Positions 1 through 9,018 of a stretch of 63,661 bases of DNA are shown here, piece after piece. Position 1 is the stretch's first letter, and each line of letters starts with the position of its first letter. The stretch comes from an uncultured Candidatus Saccharibacteria bacterium (GTDB lineage Bacteria; Patescibacteriota; Minisyncoccia; UBA6257; WO2-44-18): NCBI GenBank assembly GCA_964503795.1, contig CAZDBT010000003.1:1-63661 (forward strand), in the 5' to 3' direction. The translations under genes and the position numbers were made by a program. Below the pieces are notes generated by a model. The model worked only from the letters and a program-made list of their open reading frames with translations, did not search any database and had not been told where the DNA came from.

Positions 1-174
<174 letters not shown>

Positions 175-178
175 GTTC

Positions 179-850
179 TCACATCTCTTCTCTGGCCTTC
201 AAGTACTCGAACATTTCAGGAATGGTGGCGTTCATGGAGTATCCGGTGCCGGTGGGGTCGGCGTACTTCACGATCCGGTCATATTCGGCCTGCACATGAT
301 CTATGAGCGTGCCGCCGATCTCGCCACCGCCAAGAACAGTTTTTTTCAGCGGCTCGCGCCAACTCACTTTTTGGGATGTCCGGTTGTAGGCCCTCACATA
401 GATACCCAGCCTCTTCATTGAATCAATGATCTGCAGGAAACAGCGGAGCTGATGCTGCGGAGCAGAAGTGATGGTGACCGATTTCCAGCCGCGCTCCTTC
501 ATAAGTCGTAGCAGATTTTCTGATTCCGCGGCGGTGTGCAGGGCGGGCGGCATCACAATGATGTCTTTTCGTTGGACGCTCACGGCCGCCAATTCGTTCA
601 TGAAGATTTCATAGCCTGGATAGGGAAAATCTTTCTCCCGGCAGGTTTTTTCGTTCAAGCCGTTAACGATGATATTTCTCGTGCCGCCCACTTTGTATAA
701 ATTGGCGATAGTCGCCGCGGCGCTCTGATTCTGAAGTCGGCTATCAGTCGGGCTACCATGCCAGAATAAGCAATCAGTCGGTCTCTCTTCGTCGCATATT
801 ACCATCAGCAAGGCCTTCATCATCTCGGCGCCGGTCGGTTCCCACTTCAC
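179..850 (-). CDS. DUF218 (YdcF/SanA/ElyC-like) family protein
   Basis: 223-aa ORF. The segment IVMPPALHTAAESENLLRLMKERGWKSVTITSAPQHQLRCF resembles the DUF218 core (T.eEa...g..s..VTs..H..R) as I recall it. Confidence 0.5.
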   Translation of the reverse strand: MKWEPTGAEMMKALLMVICDEERPTDCLFWHGSPTDSRLQNQSAAATIANLYKVGGTRNIIVNGLNEKTCREKDFPYPGYEIFMNELAAVSVQRKDIIVMPPALHTAAESENLLRLMKERGWKSVTITSAPQHQLRCFLQIIDSMKRLGIYVRAYNRTSQKVSWREPLKKTVLGGGEIGGTLIDHVQAEYDRIVKYADPTGTGYSMNATIPEMFEYLKAREEM

Positions 851-949
851 AGGCCACCTCCTTGTTAGGGTTCTGTTGCAGATAATAGATTAAAAATAGA
901 GTTATGTCAAGATTGGATTAGAGCTAAATCTATAGTAAAATAGGCTAGT

Positions 950-1909
950 ATGGATAAGCTGTTGCACAAAAAGATTTCCGTTGTAATTCCTTGTTATAAC
1001 GAGCAGGGCAACATAGAGGAACTCTACAACCGTCTTACGGCTGTACTGGGTAAGTTAGTCTCCGATCACGAGTTGATCTTCGTGGATAACCACAGCACCG
1101 ACCAGACCCGGGAAATTTTGCGTCGATTGGCGGCCAAAGACAGGCGGCTGATTGCCCTGTTTTTTTCCCGTAATTTCGGTCATTCCCAATATGGTTTTAC
1201 CGCCGGGAGCGAATATGCCAACGGTGACGCGGTAGTTTGGTTGGATGCCGATCTACAGGACCAACCGGAGCTGATCGAACAGTTCGTTGAGAAATGGAAA
1301 GAAGGTTACGACGTTGTTTATGGGGTGCGAACTAAGCGGCGGGGCAGTTGGTTTATGAATATCGGCTACAAGACTTTCTACGCGTTATTCCGTAAATCAG
1401 CCTTTATGGATATTCCGAGGGACGCCGGCGATTTTTCTTTGATTGACCGGAAAGTTATCAACGTGATCAATGCCATGCCGGAACGGGATCGATTCGTGCG
1501 TGGTTTGCGGGCCTGGGCCGGGTTCCGGGCAATCGGCGTCAGTTATCACCGCGATGCTCGTCACGCAGGTAGAACCTCCAATAATCTTATTAAAAGCATT
1601 TGGTGGGCGAAGAAAGCTATCTTTTCTTTTTCCTATGCTCCTATAGAAGTTATTTTCTACGCTGCCCTGGCGACGTTTTGTGTTTCAGTTTTCGCTATCC
1701 TTTTTTATGTTTGGTCTTTCCTGTTCGGCTCCGGAGTTCCCAGGGGTTTTACCAGCCTGATGCTGGTGATCTTATTTTTTGGATCGGCCCAACTGCTTTC
1801 CATCAGCATTCTCGCCGAATATATTTCCCGCATCTTTGAAGAGGTTAAGCAGCGGCCTCAATATGTTGTTGAAGAGATCCTTAATGACCGAAACAAAAAG
1901 AATGCCTAG
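950..1909 (+). CDS. Family-2 glycosyltransferase, polyprenyl-phosphate sugar transferase type (ArnC/GtrB/DPM1-like)
   Basis: VVIPCYNEQGNIEEL, FVDNHSTDQT and DADLQD motifs. Two C-terminal TM helices (FSFSYAPIEVIFYAALATFCVSVFAILFYVW, LMLVILFFGSAQLLSISILAEY). Confidence 0.8.
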   Translation: MDKLLHKKISVVIPCYNEQGNIEELYNRLTAVLGKLVSDHELIFVDNHSTDQTREILRRLAAKDRRLIALFFSRNFGHSQYGFTAGSEYANGDAVVWLDADLQDQPELIEQFVEKWKEGYDVVYGVRTKRRGSWFMNIGYKTFYALFRKSAFMDIPRDAGDFSLIDRKVINVINAMPERDRFVRGLRAWAGFRAIGVSYHRDARHAGRTSNNLIKSIWWAKKAIFSFSYAPIEVIFYAALATFCVSVFAILFYVWSFLFGSGVPRGFTSLMLVILFFGSAQLLSISILAEYISRIFEEVKQRPQYVVEEILNDRNKKNA

Positions 1910-2726
1910 TTCTATTGAACAACTCAAAGAACACGCTAGGAATGTGCGCCGTAGCGTCATTGAGATCGCTACACCGGTACGGAGTTCTCACACGGGCGGC
2001 GCCTTTTCCGCTACCGATCTGTTGGTCGCGCTGTATTTTGAGATCTTGAAGATCGATCCTAAGGATCCGAAAGATCCGGACCGGGATATTTTTATTTACA
2101 GCAAAGGCCATTCATCCTCGGCGCTTTATTCCACCCTGGTGGAGCGGGGCTTCGCCGGCCGGGAAATTTTGAAAGAATACTATGTTGATGGCGGACGCCT
2201 TTCCGGTCACCCGGTGATCAATAATATGCCGGGCGTGGAAGTCTCCACCGGTTCTCTGGGGCATGGTCTGCCGATCGGAGTAGGCATGGCCCTGGCCAGG
2301 AAGGCGGATAAAAAAAGCTCCCGGGTATTTGTGATGGTTTCTGATGGAGAGTGCGACGAAGGTTCGGTCTGGGAAGCAGCCATGCTGGCCGGTTTTACCA
2401 AGCTGGATAATTTGACTGTGATCGTTGACTACAACAAGATCCAGAGTTTGGCCCATGTCGCCGAGGTATTAGACCTAGAGCCGTTCAAGAAAAAATGGGA
2501 AGCTTTCGGCTGGTCCGCGCAAGAGATCAACGGACACGATTTCAATGAGATCCTGGGAGCGCTCGGGAAATTGCCGTTGGAAAGCGGCAAGCCCAGCGTG
2601 GTTATCGCGCACACCATCAAAGGCAAAGGAGTTTCCTTTATGGAGAACAAGGTCGCCTGGCATTATAAGTCCTTAGATGATCCGAAGGATTATCAAAAGG
2701 CACTGGAAGAGATCAACCGATCATGA
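1884..2726 (+). CDS. Transketolase-like TPP enzyme, N-terminal (pyrophosphate-binding) subunit; glycan-locus copy
   Basis: SHTGGAFSATDLLVALYF, GSLGHGLPIGVGMALA and SDGECDEGSVWEAAMLAG motifs. The start is uncertain (ATG 1884 or 1902); the ORF-track start 1779 lies inside the GT2 gene. Confidence 0.8.
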   Translation: MTETKRMPSSIEQLKEHARNVRRSVIEIATPVRSSHTGGAFSATDLLVALYFEILKIDPKDPKDPDRDIFIYSKGHSSSALYSTLVERGFAGREILKEYYVDGGRLSGHPVINNMPGVEVSTGSLGHGLPIGVGMALARKADKKSSRVFVMVSDGECDEGSVWEAAMLAGFTKLDNLTVIVDYNKIQSLAHVAEVLDLEPFKKKWEAFGWSAQEINGHDFNEILGALGKLPLESGKPSVVIAHTIKGKGVSFMENKVAWHYKSLDDPKDYQKALEEINRS

Positions 2727-3640
2727 GAGCCGCTTTTCTCAACGGACTGATGGAGCTAGCCGAAAAAGATGAACGAATCTTCCTTTTAACGGGGGATCTG
2801 GGTTTCGGTGTGTTAGAGCCGTTCCAGGCGAAGTTTCCGGATCGATTTTTGAATGTCGGCGTGGCGGAACAGGATATGATCGGTATTGCCGCCGGCCTGG
2901 CGCTTTCAGGCAAGGTGCCGATCGCTTATTCTATCGCCACCTTCGTTTCGTTGAGGCCGTATGAGTTCATTCGCAACGACGTTTGTTATCAGAATCTGAA
3001 CGTGAAGATCGTTGGCGTGGGCGCCGGGCTTTCTTATTCGCAATACGCGGCGACCCATCAATCCATTGATGACGTGGCGGCGATCCGGGCTTTGCCCAAC
3101 ATCGCCATTTTAAATCCGGGTGACCCGATAGAGACCGACCTGGCGTTAAAAGCGGCCATGGATCACGTTGGGCCGGTTTATTTACGCATCGGAAAAAAAG
3201 GAGAGCCGAATATTCACTCGGCGCCGCCCACCTTCACTATTGGCAAAGCTATCACCTTGCAGGACGGCAAAGACATTACCGTGATCGCTACGGGAAATAT
3301 GCTGGAAAATGCCAGCAAGGCGGTGAAGATTCTGGAGGCAGATAAGTTGTCGGTGCGATTTATCAGTATGCCGACCGTGAAACCTCTGGATGAAGAAACA
3401 GTGAGAAGGGCGGCCAAAGAAACAAAAGCGATCGTAACCGTTGAAGAAAACTTTCTTAACGGCGGATTAGGGACGGCAGTGGCGGAAGTCTTGGTTTCCA
3501 ATGATCTGCCGAAAGTTAAATTCCTCAAGATCGCCCTTCCTCACAAGTATCCGGCCGAGATCGGCTCGCAGGAATATATGCGAAATCTTTATGGTTTGAT
3601 GCCGGCGCAGATTGCCGAGAAGATCAGAACTTTCTTATAA
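2723..3640 (+). CDS. Transketolase-like TPP enzyme, C-terminal (pyrimidine-binding) subunit; glycan-locus copy
   Basis: FLNVGVAEQDMIGIAAGLALSG and HQSIDDVAAIRALPN motifs. ATGA overlap with the N-terminal subunit. Paralogous to 53177-54166. Confidence 0.85.
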   Translation: MRAAFLNGLMELAEKDERIFLLTGDLGFGVLEPFQAKFPDRFLNVGVAEQDMIGIAAGLALSGKVPIAYSIATFVSLRPYEFIRNDVCYQNLNVKIVGVGAGLSYSQYAATHQSIDDVAAIRALPNIAILNPGDPIETDLALKAAMDHVGPVYLRIGKKGEPNIHSAPPTFTIGKAITLQDGKDITVIATGNMLENASKAVKILEADKLSVRFISMPTVKPLDEETVRRAAKETKAIVTVEENFLNGGLGTAVAEVLVSNDLPKVKFLKIALPHKYPAEIGSQEYMRNLYGLMPAQIAEKIRTFL

Positions 3641-3641
3641 A

Positions 3642-4802
3642 ATGAATTTATCCAAGTTGTCGGAAAAATTGAAGTCTAGTTCCCGGGACGCTCTCTTGGC
3701 GAAAGCGGTCGAGCTGGAGCGGAGCGGTAAGAAACTTGTTCATTTTGAGATCGGCGAACCGGATTTTTCTACTCCGGAGCCCGTCGTGAAGGCCGCCATT
3801 GATTCCTTGTTGAGGAATGAGACCCACTATGATGTTGCCGGAGGTCTGCCCGAGTTGCGTTCGGCGGTTGCGAAGAGCGTGAAAAATAGTTTGGGTTTCC
3901 TGCCGGATCAGGATCAGATCGTTGTTGGCCCAAGTCCGATGCTGATCTATTTTCTGATGCAATGCGTGGCGGACGCGGGCGACGAGGTAATCGTCCAGGA
4001 GCCGGCCTATGCCCGGTTCTTCTCGATCCTGAATATTTTATCGCTGAAAGCGGCAACCGTTCCGATCTATGAAGAGCAGGGTTTTCATATGACGGAAAAA
4101 GACCTGAAGAAAAGGATCAATCCTAAGACGAAGCTTTTAGTAATTAACTCGCCGCAAAATCCTACCGGCGCTATGTTAACCAAAGAAGAATCGGAGATGA
4201 TCGCGGCGGTCGCTAGGGAAGAGAATATGTTCGTGCTTAGCGATGAGGTGTATGACCGGCTTATCTATGAAGGCAAGCACTACTCTCCGGCAACGGAAGA
4301 TCATTGCCGGGAGCGGACAGTGATCCTGAACAGCTTGTCTAAGACCTATGCCATGACCGGTTGGCGGGTTGGCTATCTTGTGGGGCCGGCCGAATTGATA
4401 TCAAAGATCAATATTTTAGTTCGCAATACTTTATTTAGTTTGCCGGTCTTCGTCCAAAGAGCTGCCGTTGAAGCATTGACCGGAGACCAGCGGCCGATTA
4501 AGTTAATGGTTGAAGAATACAAGAAGCGTCGCGATGTTTTTGTCGCTGGCCTCAACGAACTCCCGGGGGTCTCCTGCGTCAAACCTGGAGGAGCGTTGTA
4601 TGTGTTCCCAAATATCCGGAAGACCGGACTGACCAGCCAGCAATTTGTGGATATGATGCTGGAGAAAGCCGGAGTGCTTTTTTCCCCCGGCACAGATTTT
4701 GGAAAGGCCGGCGAGGGACATGTACGGGGTTCGTTCTGTGTTCCGATGGCGGACATCCGTGAAGGTCTGAAGCGGATGAAAGAAGCCTTATCCAAAAGAT
4801 AG
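3642..4802 (+). CDS. Class I/II PLP-dependent aminotransferase (AspC-like)
   Basis: NSPQNPTG, SDEVYDRLIYEG and SLSKTYAMTGWRVGY (PLP lysine) motifs. ATG 3642 sits 1 nt after the upstream stop. Confidence 0.8.
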   Translation: MNLSKLSEKLKSSSRDALLAKAVELERSGKKLVHFEIGEPDFSTPEPVVKAAIDSLLRNETHYDVAGGLPELRSAVAKSVKNSLGFLPDQDQIVVGPSPMLIYFLMQCVADAGDEVIVQEPAYARFFSILNILSLKAATVPIYEEQGFHMTEKDLKKRINPKTKLLVINSPQNPTGAMLTKEESEMIAAVAREENMFVLSDEVYDRLIYEGKHYSPATEDHCRERTVILNSLSKTYAMTGWRVGYLVGPAELISKINILVRNTLFSLPVFVQRAAVEALTGDQRPIKLMVEEYKKRRDVFVAGLNELPGVSCVKPGGALYVFPNIRKTGLTSQQFVDMMLEKAGVLFSPGTDFGKAGEGHVRGSFCVPMADIREGLKRMKEALSKR

Positions 4803-4806
4803 AATA

Positions 4807-6129
4807 ATGGAAGAAAAAATAAAAAAACTGATCCATTCTCTGATCCGGGAATATTATCAGGAAAAATTTGCCGGTCAGAAGTTTATTCCAGGCGAGACGC
4901 ACATTCCCGCTTCGGGTAAGGCTTTCGACGAGCGGGAATTATTGGCGATGACCGACGCGGTTCTGGATGGCTGGTGGACCGAGGGCCGTTTTGCCGCCGA
5001 ATTTGAAAAGAAATTCGCTGAATTTGTGGGTGTGCCATATTGCATTACCACCAACTCCGGTTCTTCCGCCAATCTGCTTGCCGTCTCTGCGCTGACTTCG
5101 TTCCACCTGGGCAAGCGGAGATTGCAACCCGGCGACGAAGTGATCACGATCGCGGCCGGCTTCCCGACCACGATCAATCCGCTGATCATTCATCGCCTGG
5201 TTCCGGTGTTTGCCGACATTGATCCCAAGACTTTTAATATTGATATAGAAAAAATGAAAAAGCTGGTGTCCAAAAAGACCAGAGCCATTTTTATGCCGCA
5301 CAATTTAGGCAATCCTTTTAATCTGGACGAGGTCCGCAAGATCTGTCGCCGCTACAAGCTCTGGCTGATCGAGGATTGCTGCGACGCGCTCGGTAGCACC
5401 TACCGAGGCAAGCGGGTAGGCGGATTCGGCGATCTGGCCACTTTCAGTTTCTACGCCGCCCATCATATTACCACCGGAGAAGGAGGAGCCGTTGTTACTA
5501 AAGATCCGAAATTGGCGGCCATTGTCCGTTCTTTCCGGGACTGGGGCAGAGAATATTGGTTTCGTACCGGAGAAGACACCAAGCGCGACAAAGGACTTGG
5601 TTCCCGCAAGCACGGCAAGTTGCCGGCCGATTACGACAATAAATTCATCTTTTCCGAGATCGGTTACAATCTCCGGCTTACCGACATGCAGGCGGCGCTG
5701 GGTGTGGTTCAACTTTCCAAGCTTCCACAATTTATAGAGCATCGAAAGAAGTCATATCAGATGCTGCGTGATAAACTTTCCGGGTTTAGCGATCTAATTT
5801 CTTTCCAAGAGCCGGAAAAACACAGCGACCCTTCTTGGTTCGGATTTCTGATCACTTTGAATCCCAAATGCCCGTTTACCAGAAAAGAGATGATCGATTA
5901 TCTACTAAAGCTAAATATCGGGACGCGAATGTTGCTGGCAGGCAATCTGCCGAAACAGCCCTATATGCAAACTTATAAAGTAAAATCACGCAGCGGAAAT
6001 TTAAGCGCCACCGACTACGCGCTTTCCAATTCTTTTTGGGTTGGCGTACACCAGGGGATAGACAAGACAAGGCAATCCTACCTGATCAACGCGCTTATTG
6101 ATTTTTTGAGCCGTTTTCCTAGGAAATAG
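4807..6129 (+). CDS. DegT/RfbH-family PLP/PMP enzyme (NDP-4-keto-6-deoxyhexose 3-dehydratase-like)
   Basis: 440 aa. FIPGETHIPASGKAFDERE, NSGSSANLLA and FSFYAAHHITTGEGG motifs (His at the usual PLP-Lys position, as in RfbH/ColD). RDWGREYWF replaces the Cys-rich stretch. Confidence 0.75.
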   Translation: MEEKIKKLIHSLIREYYQEKFAGQKFIPGETHIPASGKAFDERELLAMTDAVLDGWWTEGRFAAEFEKKFAEFVGVPYCITTNSGSSANLLAVSALTSFHLGKRRLQPGDEVITIAAGFPTTINPLIIHRLVPVFADIDPKTFNIDIEKMKKLVSKKTRAIFMPHNLGNPFNLDEVRKICRRYKLWLIEDCCDALGSTYRGKRVGGFGDLATFSFYAAHHITTGEGGAVVTKDPKLAAIVRSFRDWGREYWFRTGEDTKRDKGLGSRKHGKLPADYDNKFIFSEIGYNLRLTDMQAALGVVQLSKLPQFIEHRKKSYQMLRDKLSGFSDLISFQEPEKHSDPSWFGFLITLNPKCPFTRKEMIDYLLKLNIGTRMLLAGNLPKQPYMQTYKVKSRSGNLSATDYALSNSFWVGVHQGIDKTRQSYLINALIDFLSRFPRK

Positions 6130-6733
6130 ACCGGCGGGGCTTGGCAAAGATACAAACGCTTTCAATGCCGATCATTTTCAAGTCCACTACTTTTTCGATC
6201 GTGAGAACACTGCCGACCATATTCAGTAGATCGTTTTTAGGCCGGATATAGTCTCCGCGGTCTAGCGAATTCATAAATCGTCCGATCAAATTGGTCGGTT
6301 TTTGCTGTATCGGATCGCAAATAACCACATATTTAGAAGCGATCCGGTTCAGAGTGGTTAATAGTGTTTTATTTTCCTGATCGGAGAGATGGTGAGTGGC
6401 ATCGATCAGAATGGCGATATCGTAAGAGGAATCACGGATCGCCGCAGTGTTGGCATCGGCGCAAAGGAATTTCTTTTTTTCATTTCCGTAAAGTTTGCTG
6501 GCGGCATCAATGTATTTCCGGCTTAAGTCCACCCCCAGATAATCAGCATCGGTGATGGCGCTGTATTGTCCGGCCCCGCAGGCAATGTCGATCACAGACA
6601 TTTTTTCAGTGATGCCGAAATTCCGGATAACCTTCATCCGGGTACGGTAGAGACCGAATAAATAATCCTCCAGCCTGCGGAAATTTATCCAAATGGAAGA
6701 ATTTTCCAGGATCCTAGTGAAAAATCTGATCAT
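6119..6733 (-). CDS. Class I SAM-dependent methyltransferase
   Basis: Motif I VIDIACGAGQY. This is the only minus-strand gene in the 950-26146 block. Its 3' end overlaps the RfbH-like gene by 11 nt (convergent). Confidence 0.7.
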   Translation of the reverse strand: MIRFFTRILENSSIWINFRRLEDYLFGLYRTRMKVIRNFGITEKMSVIDIACGAGQYSAITDADYLGVDLSRKYIDAASKLYGNEKKKFLCADANTAAIRDSSYDIAILIDATHHLSDQENKTLLTTLNRIASKYVVICDPIQQKPTNLIGRFMNSLDRGDYIRPKNDLLNMVGSVLTIEKVVDLKMIGIESVCIFAKPRRSIS

Positions 6734-6800
6734 AGAGTTAAATTACCACCGGTTTACTTTTTGGTCAAAAAAATGTAAAATAAGGTGGCAATTTAAGAGA

Positions 6801-8156
6801 ATGATCAAGACTATTTTCATCACGATCTTTCAGGGAGTTGAGGCCAGGAATATTCTGCGTACCGATATCTATAGAGAGCTAGCGAAAAGGCCGGATATCC
6901 GGCTTGTTCTTTTTACCACCAGCCAAGCGAAGAAAGAGTATTACGAAAAAGAATTTCACGGACCGAATATCGTTTATGAAGTGGTGGAAGATTATGCCGC
7001 CGGCGGCCTACAAAGATTCTTTGGGGCTGTTAAATTCAATTTGATAAACACCGCAACCATTGATGTTAAGCGCCGGCTTTCTTTCCAAAGCGACAAAAGT
7101 TACCTGAAATTTGTCTGGCGTTTTTTGTTCAACCGCGTTTTCGCCCATCGACCGGTGAGAAAACTGGTTCGCTGGCTGGATTGGCGTCTGGTTTCCGACA
7201 GGTTTTTTTCTCCTTATTTTGAAAAATACCAACCAAGCGCGGTTTTTATGGCGCACCTTTTCGGAGGCGTGGAAACGGCGATGCTTCGCGAGGCGCGGCA
7301 TCGAGGCATCGCCACCATCGGCTTAATTAATTCCTGGGATAAGGTCACGGCTCGCGCCATGATCCGCCTTTTACCGGACGAATTGATCGTTCACAATGAT
7401 CTGGTGAAAAAAGATGCGCTGGATCATACGGATATGCCCGAAGATCGGATCTTCGTCTCCGGTATCCCGTATTTTGATTATTATTTCCAGACCGAGCGTT
7501 CTACCAGAGAAGAATTTTGTAAGAAATTCGGAATTGACCCAAAAGATCGAATCATTCTCTACACCCCTGTAGGACGAACCAATAGTTCCGGCGATGCCGC
7601 CACCATTTCTATGCTTGATCGTTTATTGACCACCGGCCAATTGTCGGAGGGTTTGAGAGTGATAGTCCGTTTTCCTCCCAATGATGAGGTAGAGCTCCCG
7701 ACCGGATTCAAAAGTAAGTTTATTTTTCAGAGGCCGGGAAAGAGGTTCTCGGCTAAGCGGGGAACCGATTGGGATATGAACTTTGAGGATTTACGCGACT
7801 TGGCGGACACGCTGTATCATTGCGATCTGGCTATCGGATATTCATCCACAACGGCTATCGATGTCGCGGTTTTTGATAAGCCGATAATCAATATTGATTT
7901 CGACTTGCCCGGCGTCCCCTCGATCCGCTGGGTCTACCAAGTTAGTCACTACCAGCCGGTGCTGAAAACAGGAGCGGTTCGTTTGGTGAGGAGCGAAGCG
8001 GAGCTGGTTGGTTGGGTCAAAAAATACTTGGCCGATCCCAGCTTGGACAGGGCCGAACGGAAAAGGTTGGTTTTGGAACAGTGCGCGAATTTGGACGGAC
8101 AGGCGGGTAAACGAGTGGCCAAATTTCTTCTAGACAAAGCTTTAGCGACACAATAA
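6801..8156 (+). CDS. TagB/TagF-like (CDP-polyol/sugar-phosphate transferase-like) GT-B enzyme, paralogue 1
   Basis: 451 aa from ATG 6801. Shares SWDxxT, G(I/T)PxxDxYF, YTPVGR, FPPNDE and GYSSTTAIDVAVFDKPIINI motifs with 14089-15408 and 16317-17684. These resemble the Glyphos_transf signature (from memory). Confidence 0.5.
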   Translation: MIKTIFITIFQGVEARNILRTDIYRELAKRPDIRLVLFTTSQAKKEYYEKEFHGPNIVYEVVEDYAAGGLQRFFGAVKFNLINTATIDVKRRLSFQSDKSYLKFVWRFLFNRVFAHRPVRKLVRWLDWRLVSDRFFSPYFEKYQPSAVFMAHLFGGVETAMLREARHRGIATIGLINSWDKVTARAMIRLLPDELIVHNDLVKKDALDHTDMPEDRIFVSGIPYFDYYFQTERSTREEFCKKFGIDPKDRIILYTPVGRTNSSGDAATISMLDRLLTTGQLSEGLRVIVRFPPNDEVELPTGFKSKFIFQRPGKRFSAKRGTDWDMNFEDLRDLADTLYHCDLAIGYSSTTAIDVAVFDKPIINIDFDLPGVPSIRWVYQVSHYQPVLKTGAVRLVRSEAELVGWVKKYLADPSLDRAERKRLVLEQCANLDGQAGKRVAKFLLDKALATQ

Positions 8157-8166
8157 AATTACGACA

Positions 8167-8652
8167 ATGATCAAGATAGAGTTTTTAACCAGGCCGACCC
8201 CGCAGGACCTGAAAGATATCAACCGCCTTATTCCGCAGATCGCCGAAAAACCCCATTTGTTGTCTATGAAAGAGTTGAAGCGGGTGACCGATCAACAAGA
8301 GAGCTGTCGGGTGATCGTTGCTCGCGATTCCAAGACCAGCCAGATCGCCGGTATGTGCGCTCTCACGCTGGTCCGAGTTCTTACTGGTCTACTTGCGATG
8401 GTTGAGGACGTAGTGGTGGACAGCAACTACCGTGGCTTGGGCATCGGCCAGATGTTGACGCAGAAAATGATCGACGTCGCCAAGGCAAAGAGAGCTAAGC
8501 ATATAAGCCTGACCACCAACCCGAAGCGCGAAGCCGCCAACGCTATGTATAAGAAAATTGGATTTTTCCTGAAGGAAACTAATTACTACCGGATCAATCT
8601 TTATCTTCCTAAGCCGAATTTTAAAAAACCCGAGGGCCCGAAGATGCGCTAA
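8167..8652 (+). CDS. GNAT family N-acetyltransferase, paralogue 1
   Basis: VVDSNYRGLGIGQMLTQKMIDVAKAKRAKHISLTTNPKREAANAMYKKIGF (acetyl-CoA binding Q/RxxGxG/A). Clear paralogue of 13631-14086. Confidence 0.8.
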   Translation: MIKIEFLTRPTPQDLKDINRLIPQIAEKPHLLSMKELKRVTDQQESCRVIVARDSKTSQIAGMCALTLVRVLTGLLAMVEDVVVDSNYRGLGIGQMLTQKMIDVAKAKRAKHISLTTNPKREAANAMYKKIGFFLKETNYYRINLYLPKPNFKKPEGPKMR

Positions 8653-8670
8653 AATTTCGGTTAATGACTA

Positions 8671-9018
8671 ATGAACAAAATCCAATCCGTTGGGATAGAC
8701 ATAGAAGAAGTTGGGCGATTCAAAAAAGTTCCGTTCCGCCGGAACGCCACTTTTTATAAAAAGATTTTTACCGTCGGGGAAATAAAGTACTGCCTAGCCA
8801 AAGAAGATCCCTATCCGCATTTTGCCGCCCGTTTTGCCGCCAAGGAGGCAGTTTTGAAATGTTTGCGGAGCACTATTTATAAAGTTAAGGATATCGAAGT
8901 ATCCAATGATAACAGGGGCGTCCCAAGTGTTAAAGTAAAAGGCAGCCGCGGCAGATTCCTGATCTCCCTGTCGCATACAAAAAACCAAGCCGCGGCGATC
9001 GCATTATGGTTAAACTAA
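8671..9018 (+). CDS. acpS: Holo-[acyl-carrier-protein] synthase (4'-phosphopantetheinyl transferase, AcpS type)
   Basis: 115 aa. GIDIEEVGRF, FTVGEIKYC, ARFAAKEAVLK and ISLSHTKNQAAA motifs. Confidence 0.8.
   Translation: MNKIQSVGIDIEEVGRFKKVPFRRNATFYKKIFTVGEIKYCLAKEDPYPHFAARFAAKEAVLKCLRSTIYKVKDIEVSNDNRGVPSVKVKGSRGRFLISLSHTKNQAAAIALWLN

Noticed and set aside
1779-1883. Longer 5' extensions offered by the ORF track (1779, 3612, 6693, 19680, 22998, 27256, 27386 on the minus strand, 40526, 41850, 56615, 61147, 62567 on the minus strand)
   Set aside because: The extensions overlap upstream genes, terminators or promoters, or use TTG/GTG where a downstream ATG with better spacing to an SD or to the upstream stop exists. 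Homology-like sequence starts at the shorter coordinates.
2723-2726. Alternative genetic code (UGA recoding, as in some CPR lineages)
   Set aside because: TGA terminates well-conserved proteins at their expected ends in ATGA junctions (2723-2726, 57493-57496). Full-length homologous proteins show no in-frame TGA interruptions.
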